Below are positions 1-7,729 of a stretch of DNA of 64,000 bases, piece by piece; position 1 is the first letter of the stretch; each line of letters opens with the position of its first letter. Below the pieces are notes generated by a model, which was given only the letters and a program-made list of their open reading frames with translations, did no database searches and had not been told where the DNA came from. Made by a program: the position numbers and the translations under genes. This DNA is from Vulcanimicrobiota bacterium (lineage in GTDB: Bacteria; Vulcanimicrobiota; Vulcanimicrobiia; Vulcanimicrobiales; Vulcanimicrobiaceae), in NCBI GenBank assembly GCA_003136355.1, contig PLED01000082.1, positions 6,753 through 70,752 of the forward strand, given 5' to 3'.

Positions 1-953
1 TTACTTGGGATGAATTGGAAGAGCCCGCGATAGTTGTGAATCGAGAGCGGGCCTGCGTACCACACAGTGAAATAGCGCGTGCCTTTCTTCGATTGCAAGA
101 AATTCACCGGCGCCAACAACGGACGGTACGTTCCGTTCGCAAGCGCATTTCCGCGCGGCATAGCGAGCGTGCTGACGAATTGCGGCCAGTTCATATTATT
201 CATCCGCGCGAGTCCGCCCATGCGATCGAAGACCATATTGTATTGCAGAATGAGGTTCCGGATCGGAATGTGCCGCTTCGTGACGACCGGCAGGTTGCCG
301 TCGGTGCGGCCGATCTCAAGCAGCCCCGCAAGACCGAAATACGTTTGCGGCGTCGTGATCGTGTGCAGGTGGCTGTGATACCAATACGCGCCTTGCGGCA
401 TGTCGGTCGGGATGTGATACGTATACGTGTTCGCCATCCCCGGCGGAACATGCAGCAAAACGTTATCGGAGTTGCCTTTGGGACTCGTGTGAATGCCGTG
501 CACGTGCAGATTCATCGGCGCCTCCGACAGCTGCGCCGGATACCTGGGAACCGTCTTTCCCTTGGCCGTGTAACCGGGATTATAGAAATCGCGGATCGTT
601 AAACCGGTGAGCGCGTTATTGAGGTGAACGATCAGCGTTTGGCCCGGATAGACCCGCAACGTGGGCGCGGGATAAAGATTGTCGCCCGACATCTGGCCGT
701 TTGAGGCCGTTCCGCGATTGACCGTATAGGCAAAGAGCATCATGTTCTTGAGGGGTCCGGAGACCGTATCCAAATGTGCCTGGCTTTGATGCGCGGTCAG
801 GGTGACTTCGAGTACGCCGTTTTGACTCGCGAGCACGACCTGCTCGCTGTACGTGGAGCGCGTCACTCCAGCCGAGAGATTTGATCCGGCCACCGCGATC
901 AGAACGATGGCGGCGCCGGCGGCGCGCAAAAGATAAAACCAACGAGCGATCAT
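1..953 (-). CDS. multicopper oxidase family protein, N-terminal part (C-terminus runs off the window start)
   Basis: The minus-strand frame is open from ATG (953-951) to base 1, so it is absent from the ORF track (no stop in window). Translation starts MIARWFYLLRAAGAAIVLIAV (signal/anchor), then contains MNLHVHGIHTSPKG and QGAYWYHSHLHTITT. These are the HxHG and WYHSH copper-ligand motifs of multicopper oxidases. The + ORF 15..602 is its antisense shadow. Confidence 0.75.
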   Translation of the reverse strand, partial: MIARWFYLLRAAGAAIVLIAVAGSNLSAGVTRSTYSEQVVLASQNGVLEVTLTAHQSQAHLDTVSGPLKNMMLFAYTVNRGTASNGQMSGDNLYPAPTLRVYPGQTLIVHLNNALTGLTIRDFYNPGYTAKGKTVPRYPAQLSEAPMNLHVHGIHTSPKGNSDNVLLHVPPGMANTYTYHIPTDMPQGAYWYHSHLHTITTPQTYFGLAGLLEIGRTDGNLPVVTKRHIPIRNLILQYNMVFDRMGGLARMNNMNWPQFVSTLAMPRGNALANGTYRPLLAPVNFLQSKKGTRYFTVWYAGPLSIHNYRGLFQFIPS

Positions 954-1025
954 AGCAAGTCCCCCAAGCGCGGAGTTGGGCACCGGTTACGCCGCCGCCT
1001 GTCAAAGGGAGTACCGGCGCGTCGT

Positions 1026-1160
1026 TTGGCGAAATATTCTTCGATGGGCAAGACTTTTGAAGAGCGAGCCAAAGAACGCCGGGCGACGCAAGAGATAACT
1101 GCCCTGGAACGAGCGCGCGAAGATGCTCTGTTGCCATTCGAACGCGCGCAGGCCATTTAG
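1026..1160 (+). CDS. small helical protein upstream of the NTase-like gene (possible partner)
   Basis: Runs from TTG 1026 (or ATG 1044) to TAG 1158-1160, giving LAKYSSMGKTFEERAKERRATQEITALERAREDALLPFERAQAI. It is below the track length cutoff and ends 34 nt before the next gene. No recognisable motif. Confidence 0.25.
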   Translation: MAKYSSMGKTFEERAKERRATQEITALERAREDALLPFERAQAI

Positions 1161-1194
1161 AGCATCGTCCGAGACCTGACGGTCGCGCGAGGAA

Positions 1195-1614
1195 GTGATG
1201 GATCTGAACTCCGACTTGATCGATCTCTTGCGCGCCTTGAACGCAGAGGGCGCTAAGTATAAGCTCCGCGCCACAAAGGACGCGGATATTTTCATCGGAA
1301 CCGATCGGGAAAACGCGCAAAGCGTCTGGAATGCATTAAGCGCATTCGGCGCTCCGTTGGAAGAGCTGCAAGTCCAGGACTTAACCGTCCCGCAAACGTT
1401 TTTTATTATGGGACGCGCACCTAATCAGATCGACATCATCACGACGATCGATGGGGTGACCTTCGATCGCGCCTGGGAGAACCGGTTCGCCGCGACCTAT
1501 GGAGGCGTCCAAGTGAACTACATCGGTAAGGCGGACCTCATTTCGAACAAGGAAGCCGCCGGGCGGCCACAAGATCGCGTCGACGTGGAGTATCTGCGGA
1601 ACTCGAGAGAGTAA
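1195..1614 (+). CDS. minimal nucleotidyltransferase-fold protein (DUF6036/MNT-like), probably inactive
   Basis: 139-aa ORF. LIDLLRALNAEGAKY..TKDADIFIG..FGAP..MGRAPNQIDIITTIDGVTFDRAW..ADLISNKEAAGRPQDRVDVEYL resembles small NTase-fold proteins. The glycine-rich segment expected between KY and TKD is missing. Confidence 0.5.
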   Translation: MMDLNSDLIDLLRALNAEGAKYKLRATKDADIFIGTDRENAQSVWNALSAFGAPLEELQVQDLTVPQTFFIMGRAPNQIDIITTIDGVTFDRAWENRFAATYGGVQVNYIGKADLISNKEAAGRPQDRVDVEYLRNSRE

Positions 1615-1624
1615 GCGAGCCCGA

Positions 1625-2773
1625 ATGATGCTCACGCGACGGCGCTTCACCGCGCTGCTTGCCGGCGCGCCATTTGCAAGCGCCGCTTTCGCGCACGCCG
1701 CGAGCGGTGCGATCAGCGAGAGACAACGCGCCGCGGTGGAACGACTGCTCCGCGTCCTCGTCGACAGCGGTACCGTCCCAGGCGTCAGCTTTTCGATCGG
1801 CAATGCGAGCACGACGCTCATAGAAGCGGCAGCCGGACTGCGCGCTCTTTCGCCTGCCGAGCCGATGCAGCCGGCTACGCGCTGCGCCCTGGCTTCGGTG
1901 AGCAAACAGTTTGCCGCCGCTGCGATCTTCTTATTGCAGCAGCGCGGCCTCGTGTCATTAGATGCGCCGTTCTCGCACTATCTTCCGGACTACAAAGATG
2001 GGCGCGACATGACGCTGGCGCAGCTCCTGACGATGCGCGCCGGCGTGCCGGCCGACGATGAGATCTGCGAAGCGCCGATCGACGGAAGGATCGACGACGC
2101 GACGCTGATCGCCAATCTTAACCGCCACAAACTCGACTTCGCCCCGGGCAGCTATTTTTCGTACACCAACTGCGGCTATAACGTCGCGGGCGTAGTCATC
2201 GAGCGCATCTCGGGAAAGCGCTACGGTCAGTTTATTGCCGAGAACTTCTTCGAGCCGCTTGGGATGCGTGGGTCATACGTTCTCGGCGCTCGTAACGATT
2301 CGAACTTCGCGCAAGGGTATGCGCGCGAGAACGGCCGCTGGCAGGGCGCACCTCCGACGCCTGCCGATAGAGCATTTGCCTCCGGAAATTTGGTCTCGAC
2401 CGCCGGCGATATGCAGCGTTGGGATCGGTCGCTCTTCAATGCAACGATCCTCTCGCGAGCATCGCTCCACAACATGTTCGAGATTCCGACGCGGAGCGGC
2501 TCCGCGCATACGCACTATGCCAGCGGCTGGTTTGTGGAACCAAGCGGCGCCATTTGGCACGGCGGTACGCTCGCCGGATACGGCACGATGAATTTACTCG
2601 TTCCCGCAACCGGCTACGCGATCGTCTTGCTGTCGAACGCCGGTCCAAGCGATAAGTGGAAGCCGGCCGACGTCGCGCGCGAACTCTACAACACCGCCGA
2701 ACTTGGGCCGCCTCTTCCGCTGCTTCTACCCCGCACGCGCTCGACCGCACCTCAGCCCAGAAAGGCACCCTGA
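1625..2773 (+). CDS. serine hydrolase, class C beta-lactamase / DD-peptidase family
   Basis: 382 aa. Twin-arginine-like signal MMLTRRRFTALLAGAPFASAAFAHA, plus SxxK (SVSK) and YxN (YTN) motifs. Confidence 0.85.
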   Translation: MMLTRRRFTALLAGAPFASAAFAHAASGAISERQRAAVERLLRVLVDSGTVPGVSFSIGNASTTLIEAAAGLRALSPAEPMQPATRCALASVSKQFAAAAIFLLQQRGLVSLDAPFSHYLPDYKDGRDMTLAQLLTMRAGVPADDEICEAPIDGRIDDATLIANLNRHKLDFAPGSYFSYTNCGYNVAGVVIERISGKRYGQFIAENFFEPLGMRGSYVLGARNDSNFAQGYARENGRWQGAPPTPADRAFASGNLVSTAGDMQRWDRSLFNATILSRASLHNMFEIPTRSGSAHTHYASGWFVEPSGAIWHGGTLAGYGTMNLLVPATGYAIVLLSNAGPSDKWKPADVARELYNTAELGPPLPLLLPRTRSTAPQPRKAP

Positions 2774-2938
2774 ATGTCACATACGCGTTTTGTCGTGATG
2801 CTCGTCTCCCTCGTGCTTGCTGCGGCGGTGCCGGCAGCGCCGTCACCGCTCGCCGGGCTGCGCTATCTCGCCGCGCGCCGCGCGTTAACAAGATTTCGGT
2901 CTCCGAAATCACGCAACCTTAAACGTCAAGGTCTTTGA
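2774..2938 (+). pseudogene. stump of a secreted-protein gene (signal peptide only)
   Basis: The ATG abuts the upstream stop (TGAATG). MSHTRFVVMLVSLVLAAAVPAAPSPLAGLRYLAARRA is GC-rich. The frame then reads into AT-richer DNA, a hairpin, and the 3' end of the convergent gene. Confidence 0.25.
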
Positions 2939-3515
2939 GGATGCGCTTGTGGCCGGGAACGACCGCTTCGATCGGGGGCAGGTTGGCTCGCCGCATGCGT
3001 TTGGGGTACGTGCCATCGCTGTGCTTTTTGGTCCAATCCAATCCGCATACGTACAAGTATTCGAAGTTTTCCCAGACGGCATTCCCGACCTTATGCCGCG
3101 CCAGTACGGTCATCGGCACCATCAGCTCCCACGCCTGGACGATTCGAAAGGAGTAGACGTCAAGAAAGGCGTCGATAGGAATAAGCCGATTTTTCACGAG
3201 GCTCCCAACCCAATCGTATGAGTTTCCCAATTGGAGCCAGGCGACATTTCGATCAAACGTGTTGTCGTAAACGCTCTTAACATATGCAGGATCGGCTAAC
3301 ATTTCAGGCAGCTGGTGCTGCGTATCCGTCAGCCATTTATTGAAGTTCGCGTCTTCTACGCGGGCCAGAACGCTCAATAATCCTTCGAGCTGATTGGAAG
3401 CGCGCATGTGGCGCAGCTGCATGAGCGCAGCTATTGCCGTTGTCGCGATGACGACGAAAGTGCCTATGGCGGCGACGGTGTTGAGCGTTTCGAGCATGTT
3501 GGCGCGTTTCGCCAT
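2919..3515 (-). CDS. hypothetical N-terminally anchored protein
   Basis: 198-aa ORF with a TM helix TVAAIGTFVVIATTAIAALMQL. G+C is lower than the flanks (29/60 in 3181-3240). Hairpin GATTTCGG-TCT-CCGAAATC (2892-2910) lies just downstream. Confidence 0.55.
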   Translation of the reverse strand: MAKRANMLETLNTVAAIGTFVVIATTAIAALMQLRHMRASNQLEGLLSVLARVEDANFNKWLTDTQHQLPEMLADPAYVKSVYDNTFDRNVAWLQLGNSYDWVGSLVKNRLIPIDAFLDVYSFRIVQAWELMVPMTVLARHKVGNAVWENFEYLYVCGLDWTKKHSDGTYPKRMRRANLPPIEAVVPGHKRILKDLDV

Positions 3516-3544
3516 AGCTCCAAAGCGTGCCCACTCAGGCCCGC

Positions 3545-3582
3545 TGGTACCGCCAATGGGAATCGAATCGGTAAAATAGGGG
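3545..3582 (-). repeat. tRNA-Glu 3'-end-like fragment (att-like copy a)
   Basis: The plus strand reads TGGTACCGCCAATGGGAATCGAATCGGTAAAATAGGGG. The real tRNA-Glu 3' part at 7727-7754 reads CGGTAGCGCCAACGGGAATCGAACCCGT. No D or anticodon arm. Confidence 0.7.
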
Positions 3583-3658
3583 CTACTAAGCCTTCATGGT
3601 CACAAACACGTTCCTAGAAACGGTAGGTAGCTCGTACAGATAAGGCCAAGTTCGTGAG

Positions 3659-4363
3659 ATGCCAACTGATCTGGAAAAGCAGACGCGCGAAAGCATTGAC
3701 AAGAACAAAGTCTGGTTCAGATCGAATGACGCCTACGCTAAATACGTTCAGAACGCTCATGGCAAGCTCAGGTCGGAGATTGAATCTCAGCTGACCAATG
3801 CGGGCAACTTACTTGATATAGGAAATGGCGGCGTCTTTAATTACGACACGAGTTTGGCTGAAGCAATTACGGCGCTCGATCTTTCTCTGGATATCTTCGA
3901 TGGCTCGTTCCCCCCGCCACACGTAACCTTACTTGAAGGCTCTGCCTTGAACATACCAATCGATGGTGCGCGTTTCGATTCCGTCGTAATGGTAATGCTA
4001 TTGCACCATCTCGTTGGCGCTACAGTCGCGCAGTCAAGAGAGAACGTTCGCCGATGCATAGCCGAATGCCGTAGAGTGCTCAAGCCCGGCGGCACGCTTG
4101 TCATCGGCGAATCATGTGTTCCTCAGTGGTTTTATCGCTTTGAAGTGGCCGTATTCCCAGTTGCGCTCGTCGTGGTGGACAAACTGGTTCGCCACCCCCC
4201 CGCGTTGCAATATACCGCACAAGATCTCAAAACGCTCATAGAGGAAGAATTCTCGAATTGCGACGTGTTACCGGTGCCCAAGGGTAAATACGACCTCGAA
4301 TTTGGGTTACTAGTGCCGACGTGGATCACGCCTGTCCGGCAGTTCGTGTTTCGCGCGACTTGA
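3659..4363 (+). CDS. class I SAM-dependent methyltransferase
   Basis: 234 aa. Motif I-like LLDIGNGGV, acidic loop ALDLS, and LKPGGTLVIGE. Lies between att-like copies a and b. Confidence 0.75.
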   Translation: MPTDLEKQTRESIDKNKVWFRSNDAYAKYVQNAHGKLRSEIESQLTNAGNLLDIGNGGVFNYDTSLAEAITALDLSLDIFDGSFPPPHVTLLEGSALNIPIDGARFDSVVMVMLLHHLVGATVAQSRENVRRCIAECRRVLKPGGTLVIGESCVPQWFYRFEVAVFPVALVVVDKLVRHPPALQYTAQDLKTLIEEEFSNCDVLPVPKGKYDLEFGLLVPTWITPVRQFVFRAT

Positions 4364-4375
4364 GGCGGCCTTAAT

Positions 4376-4413
4376 TGGTAGCGCCAACGGGAATCGAATC
4401 GGTCAAGTAGGGT
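4376..4413 (-). repeat. tRNA-Glu 3'-end-like fragment (att-like copy b)
   Basis: TGGTAGCGCCAACGGGAATCGAATCGGTCAAGTAGGGT. 22 consecutive nt are identical to the real tRNA-Glu acceptor/T-arm. It pairs with copy a (2 mismatches in the 28-nt core). Confidence 0.75.
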
Positions 4414-4732
4414 CACCGAAGGTCACTGTCGGCTTTCCGCGAGCGCCTGATCGAGGCTTTGTGGTCGCACAGGGTCACACCTGGATACCGGCGGTTGCGG
4501 CCGACTGCAACCAAATTGCAACCAGAGTTGGATCGGCGTTGACTGGCTCCGAGCCGTCAGGGCATTAAATGAACCGCGACTGAATATCCCTAAACCGGAC
4601 TGAGACTTCCTAATGTCAGGGCTTCGCAAGGTCGTAATGCCAGAAATGATCAGCCCGAGCAATGAAGATATACTTGATGCAATCCTCGATAGTGGCGGGC
4701 CAATGACGGGCCAATTGCTTCTTATATAAGGA

Positions 4733-4795
4733 AAGAGCTCGATAGGATCGAGCTCTGATTGGTAGCCCCAACGGGATTCGAATGCGTTGTTGCGG
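4733..4795 (-). repeat. hairpin plus tRNA-Glu-like 3' fragment (att-like copy c)
   Basis: AAGAGCTCGAT-AGG-ATCGAGCTCT hairpin (4734-4756) followed by TGGTAGCCCCAACGGGATTCGAAT (4760-4783). Direct repeat of 6819-6885. Confidence 0.7.
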
Positions 4796-4942
4796 TGCTC
4801 TCGGAGATTTCAGATCGAATCTTTAACGCATCATGGAGCGAATTACGCGCGGGGCCGCTTGCTTGGGGCAGGCGCGGCATCTTCGGAGCTGAAAGACACG
4901 AGCGCAGCAACCCACCGGTGCTGAGCTTCATTTGGAGCCGTT

Positions 4943-6772
4943 ATGAGCTTTCGTTCTTGTTTCTTTTCCGCACTTGCGTTTAGCCTAGCGCTGGCGGGAT
5001 GCTCGGGTTCAAGACCTGTGAGTCCGCAGACCGGCGGCATCATGCTCGACACACCGCAGTCCGTTTCACCTGGCTCCATCGCGCCCGCGCCGATGGCCAA
5101 AACCGCGATTCTTCCTTCGAGCGTCATGAATGTTCGCCCGCAGAGCGCGATTCAGGGTCTCAACTGGGTGCAGATTCCCGGCGCGGCAAATTTCGCGGCA
5201 GCGGCTCCCGACGGTTCGCTCTGGGCGCTCTCAACTGCGCCTTCCGGAGCCGACAAATACATTTGGCACTACGTCAGCGGAACGTGGACCAATATCAGCG
5301 GCCTGGCATCGCGGATCGCCGTCGCACCCAACGGCACGCTGTACGCGATCAACTCGGGCGGTGGCGCCTATTCGTATGACGGTGCGAGTTGGACCGCGCT
5401 GGGCGGCGGGTGCAGCGATATCACCGCTGCCAAAGACGGATCGATTTACGTGCTCTCCAACGGCAATTCCGCCGGCAGCGATCAGGCGATCTGGCATAAC
5501 GTGAGCGGAACGTGGTCGCAAGTGCCGGGCTCAGGCGTACGGATCGCGGGTTCGTGGGATGCGAACACCTACATGCTCTCGAGCGGCACGATCGCGGCCG
5601 GCGGTTTATACGTTCTGAATTCGATCGGCAGCATTTATTATGAGAACACCAACAATAGCTTCGTGCAGTTGCCGGGCAATGCGTCGGCGGTCGCAGCGAC
5701 GACCATCGGCGGCATCTTCGTTTTAGGCTACACCGCCAACTCGAGCGGCAATTCGATTTACTACTACGATCTCAACAATCCAGGCTGGAATACGCAGAGC
5801 GGCGCGGCCGTTAACATATCAACCGACAGCGCGCACCTCTACGCCATCGCAACCTCAGGCGGCATCTATTCAACTCCGATAACCTTAGCTCCGCAAACGC
5901 TTTTCGTGCCGAGCTATACGAGCTCCAACGTCGGCGAATGGCCGATAACGGCCAGCGGCAACCGCGCCCCCACAGTGCAGATCGGGGGTACGAACACAAC
6001 GATAAGCGGCCCGACGGCCGTAACCCGCGATAATACCGGCACGCTGTACGTGGCCGACTTCAATCGCAATGCTGTCGACATTTTCGCGTCGGGCTTGAGC
6101 GGCAACGTCGCGCCGACACTGCGCATTATCGGATCTTCCACCGGAATCAGCGGCCCTGAAGGGATCGGCGTGGATTCGAGCGGCAACATTTATGTGTCGA
6201 ATCGAGACGCAGGTTCCGTAACCGTTTACGCCGCCGGCGCAAGTGGGAACGTGGCGCCGACCCGCACGATTTCCGGGACGAACACCGGCATGCTGGTCCC
6301 GCAGAAACTTGCCGTCAATCCGGGCGGGGACTTCTACGTGGCTGATGCAAGCGAGAACGCGATCTTGTACTTTGCCGCCGGAGCCAGTGGAGACGCCGCG
6401 CCGACGCGCACCATCCACGGATCTTCTACCGCTCCTGCACCGTTTGGTATATCGTTGGACTCCTCGGGGAATATCTACGTCGTCAACAATGCGTGCAGCA
6501 ACTGCGGCGCAGTCAACGTTTACGCGGCCGGCTCCAACGGCAACGCCGCGCCCTTGCGGACGATCACCGGATCCTCAACGATGATCGGCAACGGGTTGCA
6601 AGGCGTAGCGGTGGATAGTTCAGGCAACATCTACGTAACGACGTGCCAAGGCAGTGGGGCCGACGGCGTCTACGTTTTTGCCGCCGGGGCAAATGGCAAC
6701 GTCGCGCCTAGTCAAAGCATCAGCGGCGCATCTACCGGCATGACCTGCCCGACTGGGCCGTTCGTATTCTAG
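4943..6772 (+). CDS. lipoprotein with tectonin-like beta-propeller repeats (N-terminal half) and NHL repeats (C-terminal half)
   Basis: 609 aa. Lipobox MSFRSCFFSALAFSLALAGC. Repeated W..V.G...I....G.L/IY.. units, then repeats of GP.G(I/V)AVDS.GN(I/L)YV...GNVAPTRTI.G. Confidence 0.8.
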   Translation: MSFRSCFFSALAFSLALAGCSGSRPVSPQTGGIMLDTPQSVSPGSIAPAPMAKTAILPSSVMNVRPQSAIQGLNWVQIPGAANFAAAAPDGSLWALSTAPSGADKYIWHYVSGTWTNISGLASRIAVAPNGTLYAINSGGGAYSYDGASWTALGGGCSDITAAKDGSIYVLSNGNSAGSDQAIWHNVSGTWSQVPGSGVRIAGSWDANTYMLSSGTIAAGGLYVLNSIGSIYYENTNNSFVQLPGNASAVAATTIGGIFVLGYTANSSGNSIYYYDLNNPGWNTQSGAAVNISTDSAHLYAIATSGGIYSTPITLAPQTLFVPSYTSSNVGEWPITASGNRAPTVQIGGTNTTISGPTAVTRDNTGTLYVADFNRNAVDIFASGLSGNVAPTLRIIGSSTGISGPEGIGVDSSGNIYVSNRDAGSVTVYAAGASGNVAPTRTISGTNTGMLVPQKLAVNPGGDFYVADASENAILYFAAGASGDAAPTRTIHGSSTAPAPFGISLDSSGNIYVVNNACSNCGAVNVYAAGSNGNAAPLRTITGSSTMIGNGLQGVAVDSSGNIYVTTCQGSGADGVYVFAAGANGNVAPSQSISGASTGMTCPTGPFVF

Positions 6773-6818
6773 CCGCTACGTAAGGTAATACCATGTCGGG
6801 CTTCTAATAGGAGCTTCG

Positions 6819-6885
6819 GAAGAGCTCGATGGAATCGAGCTCTTTAACTTAGCCCCAACGGGATTCGAATCCGCCGCTTGGCGGT
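6819..6885 (-). repeat. hairpin plus tRNA-Glu-like 3' fragment (att-like copy d)
   Basis: AAGAGCTCGAT-GGA-ATCGAGCTCT hairpin (6821-6843) followed by TTAGCCCCAACGGGATTCGAAT (6849-6870). About 80% identical to copy c over roughly 62 nt. Confidence 0.7.
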
Positions 6886-6894
6886 TTTCGAATC

Positions 6895-7068
6895 CTAACG
6901 GCGGCGATAAATATCCTTACGGTCTCCGGCGTCGAGAATTGTTACGCGCCGCAAGTTGTCCGCGACCTCCCAGATCACCCGATAAGTACCAACGCGCAGC
7001 CGAAGCTCGCCATCGCCGTCAGTGATCTTCTCGGTGCCGTGAGGTCGGGGGTTGACGGCTAACCTCAA
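6895..7068 (-). pseudogene. RelE/ParE-family toxin remnant lacking its N-terminal third
   Basis: The frame gives LRLAVNPRPHGTEKITDGDGELRLRVGTYRVIWEVADNLRRVTILDAGDRKDIYRRR and then a stop. This matches the C-terminal two thirds of RelE/ParE toxins (..NPRP.G..KL.G....RLRVGDYRVIY....V.VL.VGHR.DVY). The only possible start is a TTG, 2 nt after the antitoxin stop. Confidence 0.55.
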
Positions 7069-7070
7069 TG

Positions 7071-7328
7071 CTATAGATCGAGCATCGCCTTCACGTCATC
7101 CCAGCCGATCGCCCCGAGTTTGGCGATTTCGCGGCGGCTCGCTCTTGCGGCATCGGCCTCTGCTTTGTCTTCAAGTTTGCGCAAGAGTTCCAGCAGACGG
7201 AGGGAGACGATCGCTGCGGCCGGTTTGCCCCGGCGCGTGAGAACAAGCGATTCGTCACCGTATTGGACGCGGCTAACAATTCCAGAGCTGTCGTGGCGGA
7301 GCGCCGTCGTGGGAATCGTGGTCCACAT
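7071..7328 (-). CDS. Phd/YefM-family antitoxin
   Basis: MWTTIPTTALRHDSSGIVSRVQYGDESLVLTRRGKPAAAIVSLRLLELLRKLED... is typical of Phd/YefM. The track ORF extends to 7424, but that ATG sits inside a palindrome and adds an atypical Lys-rich leader. Confidence 0.7.
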   Translation of the reverse strand: MWTTIPTTALRHDSSGIVSRVQYGDESLVLTRRGKPAAAIVSLRLLELLRKLEDKAEADAARASRREIAKLGAIGWDDVKAMLDL

Positions 7329-7418
7329 CTTTGTCTCGAACGAGCCGAAATCCGATACGGGCGGGGCCGCGCGCTTCTTGCCGACGCCTCGTGAGGTTTT
7401 TTTTGATTTGACCATAGT

Positions 7419-7431
7419 GGGCATAATGCCC
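7419..7431. promoter_or_regulatory. GGGCAT-A-ATGCCC palindrome, candidate TA operator
   Basis: A perfect 6-1-6 inverted repeat about 90 nt upstream of the preferred antitoxin start, next to an AT-rich TATAT box in a GC-rich context. Confidence 0.35.
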
Positions 7432-7698
7432 TATATGCCCCATTTGGCCAATACTACCCTGGTGAGGGCTAAGAAAATGGGTTACTACCGCTCCCTAGCC
7501 TAGCTCCTCATGGCACCGCATCGGCTCCCTAATAAGCTTGGCGAATCCCGCGTTTCAGCCGAACGACGGCAAGAACGCATAACCTGCCGTTGCATACCAG
7601 CGAGCGAAGGCGCTCTACAAGGTCGGCAGTTCATCTCAAAACGCCCCCGGTTTTTGGTGCACGGCAACCGAATGACAACCGCGGCGCATCAAGCAACG

Positions 7699-7719
7699 AA
7701 AAAAACCCGTGGTTACGGG
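7699..7719 (-). terminator. rho-independent terminator after tRNA-Glu
   Basis: The minus strand reads CCCGT-AACC-ACGGG followed by TTTTTTT, about 10 nt downstream of the tRNA 3' end. The stem is short (5 bp). Confidence 0.5.
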
Positions 7720-7729
7720 CCTAAATCGG

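Noticed and set aside
15-602. A 195-aa + strand ORF at the window start
   Set aside because: It is antisense to the multicopper oxidase frame, which carries HxHG and WYHSH motifs. Its translation is Arg-rich.
4423-4662. Integrase remnant in the gene-free cassette (minus ORF MLGLIISGITTLRS...)
   Set aside because: It has only a faint resemblance to the LGH..I.TT tail of tyrosine recombinases. No R..HxxR..Y catalytic residues or longer frame were found, so this is not supportable.
4760-4783. The tRNA-like fragments (also 3545-3572, 4376-4403, 6849-6870) as genuine tRNA genes or pseudogenes
   Set aside because: Only the acceptor 3' strand and part of the T-arm are present. There is no D arm or anticodon arm, and in copies a and b the T-stem is not self-complementary. 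They are better explained as att-type duplications.
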